DNA of 59,145 bases, counting the filler, from Sphacelaria rigidula (taxonomy: Eukaryota): assembly GCA_964200075.2 (NCBI GenBank). It is 7 parts of 7 records of this genome, joined end to end, with 100 filler letters (N's around TTAATTAATTAA, not from the genome) between each part and the next. Parts side by side here need not be neighbours in the genome. Positions count along the whole stretch, not along the records: positions 8,466 to 16,830 come from CAXNAA020011380.1; positions 16,931 to 25,294 come from CAXNAA020011381.1; 5 more parts are not named here. One strand, written 5' to 3'. Both the position numbers and the translations under genes were made by a program. Shown piece by piece: positions 12,166 to 24,762 of this stretch (within the stretch, counting starts at the first letter, position 1; each line of letters opens with the position of its first letter). Under the pieces are notes generated by a model. It made no database searches and had not been told where the DNA came from. It saw nothing but the letters and a program-made list of their open reading frames with translations.

Positions 12166-12212
12166 CCGCACCCTGGTGGTCAAAGAGTCGAAGTATCGAC
12201 TGCTGAGCTTTG

Positions 12213-12351
12213 CACACCCTGGACATTACAGTATACGGTCAATAGATGCAATGGACGACAGCTGTTACTATCATTACTATTCTACGCTTCATGCTTCATG
12301 CAGTAACTTGTTGTCTTTTGCAACTTTTGACCATATTTTGTCAAAGGTGTA
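12213..12351. mobile_element. Hairpin MITE, CACACCCTGGAC family
   Basis: cacaccctggacatt...ggtcaatagatgcaat ... ttgaccatattttgtcaaaggtgt. Confidence 0.65.
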
Positions 12352-15300
12352 TTTCGCGAGTTGACGCGCATTGGCATCAAGTAGCCACGCCCCAAGAAAG
12401 CCGGAGACGAGGCTAAAACTGAGTCTGCGCCTGGGATGCACCCACTACTGGCTGTTCATATACAGATCCCAGACACGGCAACACATAACACAGACAGCAG
12501 TGTAACATACAAGAAACGGAGTAGATTTGAATCCATCGACTGCACGGCCCCCGTGGTGCATCATATGGAATCTAACATGGAACCTGGATTCATCTTCCAA
12601 GGTAATATGATGCCAACCTTTAATAACAGTCTGTGGTGGCAATTGAAGGATTGAAACCAACCATCCGAAATATGTACGGAAATTAGTGCAGAGAAAACTT
12701 TGGGGCTTTACCCGCCCTATTGGACAAACGTGTCAGGCGTGACCACTACGTGTGACATATCTTGCCCGATGTATGTCGGCAGTACAATATTCAAGTAATA
12801 TAGATATCTCAAACTCAGGGTTCCTGGTACTGTATGTGTTTAACCCTTAGACGGCGAGGGTGGGTCAACTGCTGAATCGGCAGCAATTTCGACATAATAG
12901 AAGTAAGCATGATCCAGGTGAACCACCTGCACCGTAGTCCAAGGGTTGACAGCAACTTGCTGAGAAACAAACCGGGAACCTCGAGTATGACATACCTTTG
13001 ATGAGTAGGGGCTAAGATGTTTCATTTTCACATGTTCACGTTGTGGTGGTAATTACGAATACTCGTACCGCTCTTCAAAAGTTCGTGTTGGGCAGTACGA
13101 TATGATTTACCACCGCATGCCCTTTCTTTCTTGACTCGGTGTGTGACGGGCTATGCAGTGTTTCGCCGCTGATGTGGACACAATGTATTCAATCATGTGT
13201 CGGGCCAAGTCATGTGTCAGGGACATGCCGACACGCATTCACTCGACAGGGTGTGGAAAACATGTGCAGCCTGCCGCTGCAATGCCCCAGACTGAAGTGC
13301 GTCTGAGTATGCATAGATATCAAGAGTTGAAAGCGCGATGTCGTCGACGTCAAATACAAACATGTATTGAAAACACACCAACTCGTCTCGAATGTACAGG
13401 TGACTTATACAAACGGGTCCCGCAAATTGCTAGCAGAGGTGACTACTCTTCGGGCAATCTAGCCGAGCGGACGGGAGAAGCACACATCCAGACCTTCACA
13501 GTCAAACTCACTGCCAGTGCTGCAAAACTGTGGCATGATGATCCCCTGCTGTCGCAATACGTGATAAAATCAAGCAAGAGCGTACAGTGGACCACAAGAA
13601 GGCGCTGCTTTTGGCAAAGCAGGACTCTATGGCACGTTTTCGACGCCTGAAACGGATTATATTGATGGCGCAGGGGTAGTCAATTCAGCCAGTGCCGTAC
13701 AGACGGGTACGGTACCAGTGTAGTCTTGAGAATTGGAGAACTGATCTGGTTCCCTCAGAAGTAGACGAAAAACACTGCCCAACGGACTGGGGTCCAAAAA
13801 ATCAATGCACGGGAGAAAATCGGCTGTGGGAGGGCTGAAATTCTTATATTTGTGCAAGTACGAATTGGTCGTCATACAAGATGGTTTTACTCTGCGATTC
13901 AGCAACGACAGAAAGTTGATACAGACACACTGTACAACGATACCAGAAGTAGCACAATACCTGGAGGTGTCATGCGCCTGTCCCTTGGAGGAGGAAAAAC
14001 TCAAACTCCGCCTGATATCTCGCATTCCGCGCGTTCCCATGGTACGCCGCGCGATCGCTTCGAAACTTTAGGTGCGACCTCTACTTTAGAGCAGATCCTC
14101 TACCTTGATCCAGCAACGACAACAACCCTGTATTAAAGCTGTGGGGGTGTGCGTACATGTACCGCCAATCCCCCGCAGTGATTCTGGTGTGTGGATGTGT
14201 GGATTTGGTGCGTGTGTGTGATTTTGTCTTCACGTTACAAAAAAAAGCGCGATATTTTTGTTATTTTGTTACGGTTGGAAGTTTTTCCATTTGCGCCGCT
14301 TTTTTGTATTTCAACGTTCCAATTATTCTGTGAGTTCGTGTCGAGCTGTCTGCCCTGCCATGAAAAGTTGTGCCAAGCAGAAAACGTGCTGATGGACCGA
14401 GAGTAGAATTATCAGTATCTTGATCGTTCCGTCTCGCCGAGAGCACACCCCGAGCACACATCCATCACATCATCGTATTGCACTCGATAAAAGATTAGAG
14501 ATAGGAGCAACATGAACGGAAGTGCATTCGAGTACTCGTATGAGACCCGAGGGCCGTTTACCGTAGCTCCAGGAACGGGTCCGAGAGCTATTGACTTACT
14601 GTTGTACCATTGTCTTTCCTGCCGTTGGGCTGGGGATTCAGGTTATGATTCAAGACAAACGCTGCTACGTACACCGGCAACAGCGGCAGGAGCAGTGCAC
14701 GGTACACATGCGGTTGGAACCAGAGTCACGATACAATTGAAATACCTTTGTCCTATAATGCACTGACACCCTGAGTCACGTGCATTCAGTGACAACAACA
14801 GCGCATCATTGAAAAGTCGAGAGGACATCAAATTGATGCTGTACTTGTACCAAGAAACAACTCCACAACAGTACATGTACACAGGGGTATCATCGCCGTA
14901 TCGTCCAACAGTGCCGTACCCAGCAATGGAAGGACGCAAAATCGTGCGATTTGCACCTTCAATCAGCTGTGCCACCTCTACTCTACCTACCGACGTCGAG
15001 GATCGCATGCACACGACAGAAATTGACATACCTTCGTGGTGCGTGGTAGAGAGCTCCCTGGTTTGTCCGGATGCAATTTGTTTCCTGTTATTTGTATGCA
15101 GTGGATGTACGGGATACAGTACCCTGCAATATTCCTGATTCGGTGAAATTCAGACTTCGAAGTTATGGGAGTACCCGTAGATCTGGAAAGAGGAAACAGA
15201 TCAGGACAGTATACGACCTCGTCCCTTCAAAGTCTTTGGTAGCCAGTACCAGTGTAGGTATGATTTCTCAGCAGACGTAGTCTGTACTGCACTGTATCAA

Positions 15301-16930
15301 CCTGTATCCATGCTGCGCAATGAGTACAGATACTCTCCTTGGTTTGGAGCAGCTTCATGTACTGATGATTTTTGTAGACTGTAGATATAGGCATGGCATC
15401 ATGAAAGTGTAAGAAAGTCCTCGAAAATGAGGTTGAATCTTGAAATAAATGAGGCTCAACCGGGGGTCTGTCGGGAGAAGATTATTGGACATAATACGTA
15501 CCCCCCCCCCCCCCCCCCCCCACCACACACCACCCCCCCCCCCCCCACCCGCTCCCGGAGGGCCAGTTTTCGGAAAATGCCAGGATGTATCTGCTGTCAA
15601 GTATATATTGCTGAAGAAATTGATCCAGAAACACTGACAAAAACGCAAAACTCTGGTGGGTTTTGCGAGGTTCGTATATCTGCTTCTGCTCCTTGTCCGT
15701 CCCGATGACCGACCTCGGATACCGGTCACGCTCACACGCATGAATGCACACGAGCGCACGGTATAGCGACAGCCTGTAGCCAAAGTAGCACAATTATCTC
15801 ATGCCTCGCCGAACTTGTCCGGACTACTGGTAGATACTCGAGGCACATGACACGGAAGGAACATGATCCCATGTAAATGTAGTCATGGTCAATGATGAGC
15901 TGGGGGGGCGGCGCGTGTCCGCCATCTCACCGGTCTCCATGCGAAGTGTTTCTGTACGCGGCAGCTGACCGCATCCGCCAACGCCTCGGCTATCAACTAA
16001 GGGACAGCAGGCTGGGTGCCCCCCCCCTCACGAACTCGAATTTTTTATCGCGGGGTGTCCCGAAGTCGTTTTTCGAAAGACCTCTGGGTTCAACTCGAAA
16101 ACAGTGATTTCCCTCATGACAAATTACATTCATGAGGACGACCTCAGACCCATCGACCTCCTTGGAACTCTTTTTGGCGGTTTCCGAGTCATGCTATGGT
16201 CGGGGCAGGGGTGTTTCGAGCCCTTTCTTCCACGAAAGTCCACTCCCATTTCAATTCGTCGTTGAAAACAGCAACGGTTGCTCGAACGCGCTTGTTGTCG
16301 ATAACTGTTAGTACGGATACAACATGCTGCTTATTGACACCGTTCTCACTCGCCCAATAAAAGAGCAGCGCGAGGGTGTTAGTCAGCTGAGGAAGTACGC
16401 CTGTTGCCAAGGATGCCTGGGACCGGGCCAGCTCTACGATATGCGTCTTCCGGATATCAAATTTCGGGAAAGGGGGCGAACGGGAAGATATCCCGAGATG
16501 TTGAGACCACTTCGAAAATAATTTCTCGTGGGGCATAAGAAGACTCTTGACCGAAAGCGCCTATTTTGACCCTTCGGCAGCGTTTCGCGCGTGAATAGAT
16601 GACGACTTGTTGTGCTATCTGGGAGGGTTTCGGCGCACTTGAGCGATTTTTCGTGTGCGCGGCTTGACTTTTGGCCGGGTAAAAACTCAAAACTCGCACA
16701 GACCTTGCAGATTCAAGTGACTGTCTTCTTCCACTTTCGTTTATCTGCACGGTTGACCAGTGTGACGCCGGGGGTTAGTGTCACGTTTCCCACCACCACC
16801 CCCCAAAATGAAGACGCGACGGAGTCTAAGNNNNNNNNNNNNNNNNNNNNNNNNNNNNNNNNNNNNNNNNNNNNTTAATTAATTAANNNNNNNNNNNNNN
16901 NNNNNNNNNNNNNNNNNNNNNNNNNNNNNN

Positions 16931-17000
16931 GATTCATTCACTGATTGACCGCTTTTCACTCTCAATCGTATCATCTACTCTCAATCTCACGAAAACACTG
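16931..17000. mobile_element. Right end of the same hAT-like MITE, cut by the contig start
   Basis: gattcattcactgattgaccgc...ctactctcaatctcacgaaaacactg. The reverse complement of the end gives the TIR CAGTGTTTTCGTGAGATTGAG. Confidence 0.7.
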
Positions 17001-17664
17001 TTTGAAGTCGAATCTCGTGTATTCATTACATTGTCGCTCTCCACTGTAGGGCATTGTGTGAGAAAAGTTTTGAGATCGTGTGACTGCACCGACATTCTTC
17101 CCCACGACCCAATTGTCACATTGTTGAGAGCTTATAAACTTAGCCACCGGAGCGATCGGCTGAAGTTTAACTCTGAAAAGTTTGCACACATATCCCTGAG
17201 GCCAATCATTACTAAACTCTCTGAAGACGTTTTTTTTCGCCGGTTATCGGGGGTCCCAGAACGGCATGTGATAACCCAATTCCCCTGTAACCCTAGGAAC
17301 CCCGATAACCGGCACACAATATCCGAGGAAAGTTTCGTGATCACCTGAAGTACATGTGCTTCCAGAGTCTAACTCCAAGAACCTGCGTGAGGGTTTGCCG
17401 ATGAGTGCGCTCGGTGCGGTAAGCGTGAACCACTCTATACCGAATTTCAAAGCACAACTCTAAAAATGAGCTCCTCAACCGCCTGCAGCACCCATTTTTT
17501 TGTTCAGGCTGACCCAGCTCGCTTCACTTTTGTGTACCTACCCTCATCCTATGAGCGTTGGAATAGATATTGAGAGGGTCGTGCCGCACTTCACTTCACT
17601 ACATTGCATTGTGCTGTACTTGAAGCTTGTCCGCTCTCTCCTTCCTGTTCATCCGGTGCACTAG

Positions 17665-17898
17665 GAGGAGGCGGCGCTCTCGCAGTGTTAGTCCGGGAAG
17701 GAGCAAGCGCCTCAAGTCGAGGAGCAGGGACCGCAGAGGACGCGATGTCGCGCCAGTTCGCGAGATGGAGAGCAGACCCCCCCCGGAGCTGATGGATCGG
17801 CGTCGGTTGGAGAGGGTAGATAGGGTGGAAAGGGTGGAGAGGGTCCCGAGAGGAAGCAGGGAGGACCGTCGCCGCGTCATGACCCGCAGTCGTGAGAG
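17665..17898 (+). CDS. RS/RE/RD-rich putative nuclear RNA-binding protein, first exon visible in the contig
   Basis: A pyrimidine tract precedes ctag|G, and the exon ends GAGAG|gtgagg (phase 2/2). It reads RRRRSRSVSPGRSKRLKSRSRDRR. Confidence 0.85.
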
Positions 17899-18868
17899 GT
17901 GAGGTGTCGTAGTGTGGAATATGACGGTGTACCGTGGTGCTGCTTCAGTGTTTTTTGTTTTCTGTCGCACAGTTGTGTTGATATAACGAACTCGAAAATT
18001 TCCGTGTCCCCGTATGTACACGTTGCTTAGTGCAGTATTGAATGTAGCTTGAGTATTGACGCCGTTCATGCACCTTTGGGCTGGCAAGAGATCGAGACAC
18101 TGAAGTCGTGTCCATGGATCATTATATGGAATTTGCACGCGTTCGCGAGTGTCGGGGATTGTTTTGGATCGTGCAACGCATGTATGTTGTGTGTTGTGTG
18201 TGTTGAAAATATTGTGACGCACAATTCGCCTCACGACTATCTCGATGTTATATTTTTACTTGAGTTCACAAAGCACTTTGGTATCGCACCAACAGCGAAA
18301 CTTTATGCGAATAGTGCAGTTTGGGTGGATGCATAACGATGGCATTCGTTTAGCGTTGTTGAGGCTGGGCAATAAAGGCCACAAAGGCCGCCGTTGCGCA
18401 ATATAACCTGGGGGGGAAGCCGGCTGCTGCCCTGCTGTCATTGAAAACAATCATTCCTCGCACCTGTTGAGTGAACAAACACCCTGATGCAATGAGGAAC
18501 CATGTTCCCTTCCCCCCCCTCCCCATGGCAGGAAAAAGGGTAGGCAGGTACGGGAGTAATGACCTAATTTAGCGCCGAAATTACCATCTCGTGTGGGGTG
18601 GGGGGTCCATGACGTCACCGTGTGGTTTGTGCGAGTCGCCGTGCATATCGTTCTCATTTAGGTCGCCGTTGTCACAAGGCATTACCCGGAAGCGAGATTT
18701 TTGTTCCTGAGCATATCGTAACGTGTGGTGTCTACCGTTTCTTCTCCCGTTTGTTCAGTATTTCCCCCTCGGTGCCATTAACTCCGTGAGTTATGTTTGG
18801 CTTGTTGAGCTCCCGGTGCACATGTTATTTGCCGTCTAAAGTGCTCCCTGCGCGACTCGTTTTTGAGT

Positions 18869-19058
18869 GCGTGTAGGGTGGGATATACGCGATATTTTGG
18901 GCAGCTGAAAAGTCGCACATGACCTATGTAAGTCACAAGAACTCGTATGGCCTTCAAAGAGGGGAACAAAAACACTGGACTGGCTGCTGCTGTGGTCATG
19001 AGTCGGATCTCTACTTTTTAAAATCCCAACAATATCGGGTATACCCTAACCGACACGC
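18869..19058. mobile_element. MITE with ~30-bp TIRs
   Basis: gcgtgtagggtgggatatacgcgatattttggg is inverted with cccaacaatatcgggtataccctaaccgacacgc. Confidence 0.55.
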
Positions 19059-19248
19059 CCTCGATCGTTTTGTCTTCCCCCCCGTGTGCGCTTCTCTGCC
19101 TTTTTATGCTGCAGTGTTTGAGTTCTTACCCCCAACTATTGTTCCGATGTATATGACTCGACCCCGACCCTGCATCTTGATGTATTCGTGTGTGTGCTTC
19201 CCGTGACATATCTGCTATTTTGTTTCCTGCTCTCGTGCGCTCACGCAG

Positions 19249-19443
19249 GGGCCCGCCCGTCACCCACCTGCCTCAGTACCCGTCAATGGGAGTATCACCG
19301 CGTGGAGGCGAGTATGTGACGGCGAGGGCGCCGGAACACGGTATGCTGCAGGTCAGCTCCGGCCATGAGGACATGCGCGGCGGAGGCGGGCAGGGGTATC
19401 CTTTGGCCGTGATGCGGAATCAGCGTGAACGAGAGCGGGAAAG
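19249..19443 (+). CDS. RS/RE-rich protein, exon (probable GC donor)
   Basis: cacgcag|G, phase 2, reading GPPVTHLPQYPSMGVSPRGG...MRNQRERERE and ending AAG|gcaagg. An alternative GT donor lies at 19312. Confidence 0.75.
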
Positions 19444-19668
19444 GCAAGGCCAATACGTTGTTTTTTGTGTCATGGCTTTCAATCTCTTCTCAAAGCCAGC
19501 GTACATGAGAGCGGAGAAGGCGAGCCTGACTTGATCATTCGCCTCTTGTGGTGAGCGGCCGCAGTGACGCCTTCGAAAATGTTCTGTCAGTCAGTGCACG
19601 TCGCTCAAAGATACTCGGGGAATGTGTTGGAATATTTTTTCCAAGGGATCATCTCTCACTCAGCAGCA

Positions 19669-19671
<3 letters not shown>

Positions 19672-19710
<39 letters not shown>
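19672..19710. repeat. (CA)n microsatellite
   Basis: An uninterrupted AC run. Confidence 0.95.
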
Positions 19711-19712
<2 letters not shown>

Positions 19713-21178
19713 CCCCTTGCGGGATGATTCCATGGTTTCAAGGGATCAAGTCAGTTCTCCACCTAGTACGCATGAGTCTACGGCAGCTGTCATGTTGGGA
19801 TCATGTAGTCTGATGACCTTCATGATCGAGTTCCAAAAATCGAATGAACCTTTTCATAGCTCGCTTCTCCTACAGCGAAGGTGTCATCCCACGATTCAGT
19901 TTCCATCTATTCCCCGGTGCAATACATTCGTTGTCGTTTGAGCGTGGCTTTCTACACTACAGAGTGCTAATACATCCCGTATATATATATTGCCCTGTGC
20001 GAAGGATGATGAGTACTTTTACGAGGCTAAGCATGCTGAACCCGTGCCAACCATTCGGCCCTTGCCGGGTACTGTGTTGGTGGAAAGTGCCTGCGCGCTT
20101 GCTGCTTGTTTTCTTGTTTCGGCGCCGGTTTTTCACCCGTCCTCAAGATGTTTCTTCTTGTCTTCTTGTGTCGTCTGTTCCGGTGAAAGTTTTTAACGAA
20201 GGCGTGCCAGTCGTACTTGAAATATTTTCCGTGTTTTGATGGAATTTTTTTTCTTGAGTCGCGGGAATGCGATGTGAGATGGAGTTCATGCGATCTAATC
20301 TGACCCGATCCGATCCGATCCGATGGAGCCGTGAGTTGACAAGTGGCGATGATCATCCCTGAATCTACATGTACACCAGATATAACAGCGCCACAAAAAA
20401 GATAAATCGATGCAAAGGTCTACTTTTGATGGATTGTACGTGTAAACTGCTGAGCCATGAAGCCACAGCCAGCGAAGCTACTCCTACTCGGGGGGTGTTC
20501 ACTGTTTGATACCCACCCTTTATTTTATTACATTCCCTGTTATTAGTTTGTCTTGTGCTTCACCATACTCGAGTTTTGTTTCTGCGAGAGAGTTCTGTCT
20601 TGTGCACCATGTTCCTTGAATTAATTACGATCCTGTTACGGTCATCGTACCCATGGTTTACCCGTCAATCGATCGATTTCCAACAGCTGATCTCAGCTCA
20701 CAGTGGAACCTCGCGCCACCTGATGCATCTACACGTAGGCAAATCAATTTCGTGAGCTCTCTCATGTCTTTCAAGCAGCTGCCGTCTCCTGTTGCACGCA
20801 AAAATCGATACTGCGTGCTCAGATGGAATCTACCGCAGATGCCTAATTAAATACAAACATGTTGGGGAGGAGATTTTCCACCTTGCGACCGGCAGTGCAA
20901 GTTCCAAGCCCATCTGCCGGAGATCATACATCAAGCACCACGCCATCATGGATCGCCTGGTCGGCACCCATGGCCACTTCAGGGTATTTAGGAGCGCCAG
21001 ATGTTCACTACACACCTGGCAGCCCTTCGGGTCCCTTAAATATGGTTTACGGCACAAAATAGGACGTGAGGAGTTTGGCACCCGGATGACAGCGCCCAAA
21101 GACGCGACGGCTGCAATAGCCATGGTGTGACTTTTCCAACTTTGTATGGACAGCAACATGTTTCCACCTCAACTCTTT

Positions 21179-21740
21179 ACAGACCGGAACACAGCAACAG
21201 CGCAGCAGCTCAGGCAATGCCCGCCGGGGATCGACTCGTCCTCTTGAGGTTCAAACGCACCCACGGTATAGCGACAAGTACAGCGAAGAAATGATGGTGG
21301 ACACGAACCGCTTGGTTCGTTTCACAGAAGACGGGGTAGCAAGTACAAGTACACCATGACTCCTTCAACAATTGTGTAAAGAGGACTACGTGCCGACTAC
21401 AGTTTTCGAACCGAGTGGGATATATCAACAGGCCAGCAGTTCAGGCAATCCCCAGCGCAGATCAAACCGTCCTCGCAGGGTTCGAACGCACAGCACTATG
21501 GTGTCAGCTAAAGCGTCGGGAATGATGGGTCTGGGTACGAAGTATGTTGTTCTTTGCGAACCACACAACGTCCACAACATGGCATTTTCAACTTTTACAA
21601 GACAGCACTGCGTGTCGACCACAACTATTTTGTACAGATGGAACACAACACCAGTACGGCAGCTCAGCTCAGGCAACCCCAGCGGAAACCAAACCGTCTT
21701 CGCAAGGTCTGAACACCCCTCAGTACAGTCATGGCTCTAG
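21179..21740 (+). repeat. Diverged ~230-bp tandem repeat, about 2.5 units
   Basis: cagc(a/t)...tcaggcaa..ccc.gc...cgtc.tc..aggtt..aac recurs at ~21203, ~21434 and ~21660. Confidence 0.6.
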
Positions 21741-22203
21741 TACATGGGAGAGAGAGAGCGTGAGTGTGTTTGTGCTGCAGTACAGTAAGCCATGGTATGT
21801 CCCGTAGGCAAGTTCTTTCCTCGAGTTTTGACAGATCCTCAATTTTGATTGGGCGTTGAAAAATAAGCTCATATTTTGATCAAAATACCCGCCCGCTGAA
21901 CAAAGTTCACAATCGTGGCAGTCACTTTTTGTTCAAAATTTTGTCGAACATTTTGTTCCATTAGATATGATTTTTCACATTTGAGTCAGGCGCGGTTTTG
22001 ATGTTGATCGTATCTCCTTGGAAATCGTCTCATTTCTTTCTGGGGAAAAATAGGAAAATCAGGAAAATGCAGCTTGGGATTAGCGACGTCGACGAAACTC
22101 GTTTTGATTTGGCTGAATTCGACTACATGAGTCACAGCTCCTATCTTGAGATCTGCAGTCGTCCCCTGTACCTTCCTACGGCCCAAACGCCTCTTGGCTG
22201 CAG

Positions 22204-22380
22204 GGAGAGAAGGGACCGTGAGCGCGAGCGAATTCAAATGCGTGAGCGGGAGCGTATTAAGGCGAAGAAGGCGGAAGAAATGGAGCGGCAGGCGCTCAAG
22301 GAGAGGGAAGAACGAGCTAGAGCGAAGGAGGCGCGTGCGGCCGCGGATCTCCGTGCGGCCGAGCTCCTGCGGCGTGATAC
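22204..22380 (+). CDS. RS/RE-rich protein, exon (charged coiled coil)
   Basis: ctgcag|G ... GATAC|gtgaga, phase 2/2. It reads ERRDRERERIQMRERERIKAKKAEEMERQALKEREERARAKE. Confidence 0.85.
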
Positions 22381-22866
22381 GTGAGATGTCGAAACCGGAC
22401 ATGCCTTGGGGAAAATTATGGAATGAGAGAGTTTTTTCGCTTTGTTGTTCGAAGTTCCAATTGAGATGGGGGGTGGTATCATGCGTATAGTTCGTGCTGT
22501 CCCCGTTGAGTGTTTTTTTGTGGAAGCAAGAGTTTTTGTCTGCTTATTGGATCCAAACGAGAATGAACGTGGAAACTTTGTCCCACCCATGACGGTCTAC
22601 ACGGTTGTTGCTGTTATTGTTGTGGGGTTGAATGTGTGTCGAGATATAACGATGTCACGAACGATTAAAAAAGAATGTTGTAATCGAGGTGTAGTATGGA
22701 ACCCAATTCTTCGCGAGGTGTTCCTGGGCTGATGGATATTGACAGGAACAAAATGGACAACAGGGTCGGAATGAGGCCGGAGGAACAGGGTTTACTTCTG
22801 TCGTTTGTTCACAGTGCACACTACGCACTTTGCTCCTGCGTGCCCCCGCGTTTCGCCGACGCGCAG

Positions 22867-23101
22867 CGCGAGGCTGAGGGATGAAGCGATCCAGCATGCC
22901 CGGGCGGGAGGGATTCCTATGGGAACTGTTTCTTTGCCGGACCCTTCGCTAGGGACGATGGACAGAGATCGAGGAGACCGGGATAGGGACAGGGACAGAG
23001 ACAGGGACAGAGAGAGGCCTCCTAGGCCTAGGGGGCGCGAGCGCGAGAGAAACCGCGGTAGGGGCGGTATGAAGAAGGGGAAGTATATGGAAAGAGATCA
23101 G
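22867..23101 (+). CDS. RS/RE-rich protein, exon (RD repeats)
   Basis: gcgcag|C ... GATCAG|gtgagg, phase 2/0. It reads DRDRGDRDRDRDRDRDRERPPRPRGRERERNRGRGG. Confidence 0.85.
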
Positions 23102-24020
23102 GTGAGGAGGGAGGGGGGGGGGCGTACTCATTTGTTGCTTGCCTTAGTCATTCGACCACTGACCATTGAGGAGGGAGGGGGGGGGGTCGTCTGGTTTTGT
23201 CGCCGGTAGCGTTGCGATGGGGAAGACGTGCTTTCTCGGCTTTTGTCAGTAGTTGGTTTGGAAATAGATTATCATTTTAGCTCATGTATTTTGAAGTCAT
23301 GATGCTTTTTTTTAGTTGTGGGCTACCGTGACGACGAGGGCTTTGTTTTTTTCCCCGGCACTCTTGTGATTCGCGTTGGCGCGTTTATTGACTTTGTTGC
23401 ACACGTCTAACAGCTCACGAGGTACCTGAATATTACTTGTTATTATTATACGGATCCAGATCATGAACTAGCTCGTTTGACCCCTGATTCCAAATTTTCT
23501 CCCTTCTGTGCTGTACACCGAGCACGGGGAGTAGCACAGAGGTAGCGCTTTGACTTCTCAGATCCTGCTGTCACGTGTTTTGTGTTTGTGGGCGAGGAGT
23601 CTGGGGGTCCTCGTCGATTGGTTATTTTTGGGTAGCTCATGAATGTTCGACTTATGCTTTCTTGCGGACGGGGGGCAAAGAGAGAGAGTGGAGGATGAAC
23701 GTCGAAAGGGTGTGTATGTGCGGTACATTCCCTCACCTCTGCGCGATCGTAAGTTTTGGTGTTTATCATGTTCGTCGGTGGTGGGAATTAACGGGAGGCG
23801 AGGAGTACCACAACCGCAATTGAGAGCCCGGCCCGTTGGTTCTGTTTTACTCTTTTTTATTTTCTCATTTATTCATCCGTTCATTTACTCGCTTGCTTGT
23901 TTGTTCATTCGCTCATTTATCTGTTCATGTTTTTTCAGTTATCCGTGTTTTTTATGTGTTTTATTTCAATTGTTGGGACCCTATCCCTTTGCTTGTTTTC
24001 TTGACTTCCGGCGACGTTAG

Positions 24021-24118
24021 GTGAACGCTTTGTTCATTAAGGTCCTCAAGATGATGGCGGACGACCGTACCACATTCCCCTGCTCGGCGAGCCTCATCAA
24101 CGACAGGATGAAGAGAGA
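24021..24118 (+). CDS. Same gene, exon starting the C-terminal globular (winged-helix-like) domain
   Basis: gttag|GTG ... AGAGA|gtgagg, phase 0/2. It reads VNALFIKVLKMMADDRTTFPCSASLINDRMKR. Confidence 0.8.
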
Positions 24119-24530
24119 GTGAGGCTGCATTGTGTGTGTATGTGTCTGTCTTGGTCCGATTCAGACACTCGGGCTGTCGTTTATCGTGTGGAGTGACGTA
24201 CCTGTAGCGGACTCAGCAGGCTTTGGTTTGCCAGAACTCTAGCTCGTTCGTTGAGAGGGGGCATACTGCAGTGCATGTTTTCCGTCGTTGTCCAGCATCG
24301 AAGCGTATCGAGCCTGCTTGCAGTCAGCCGTCTCTTTTAGACATCATACGATAAAGTCGGTTATTCTGCGTGACGTACGATGTAAGCGTCACCCTCTGCA
24401 TAACACTGTCAATGAGGTCAAATTCCCCGGGTAGTGCTTCTAAGTGCTGTGCCTTTATTTATTCCCCTCCCCCCCCCTCCTCTGTGCCCTGCTTGTTCTT
24501 ATCATACCCCCCACCGCACCCCTTGCACAG

Positions 24531-24762
24531 GAGCCAAGATGAGTACAGCGTGACCAATAGCGAGTACCAACGCTTCTCCAACGTCCTTACTCATTTCGAG
24601 TCCATGAACGTCGTGGGGACCACAAAAGCTAGGGACAGCCTCCAGGTGACACTGAAGTTGACACCCTCTGGCGCTTTTCTCTTGCCCCAAGTTTCTCGTC
24701 TTTTTTGTTCGCCCGTCTGCTTGGACCGCGACGTGCAAACGATTCTCCCGCCGCAGGAGTGA
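24531..24762 (+). CDS. Same gene, terminal exon (a possible further intron at 24646-24756 reaches the same stop)
   Basis: gcacag|G, phase 2. It reads SQDEYSVTNSEYQRFSNVLTHFESMNVVGTTKARDSLQ, with TGA at 24760-24762. Confidence 0.7.

Noticed and set aside
8892-12860. TTAACCCTTAGAC motifs at ~8892 and ~12840 as piggyBac ends
   Set aside because: Both are in the same orientation, and I found no matching inverted end or transposase.
20860-20960. Possible Tc1/IS630 transposase relic (IFHLATGSASSKPICRRSYIKHHA)
   Set aside because: The resemblance to the LPPYxPxLNPIE motif is only vague, with no catalytic residues or TIRs to support it.
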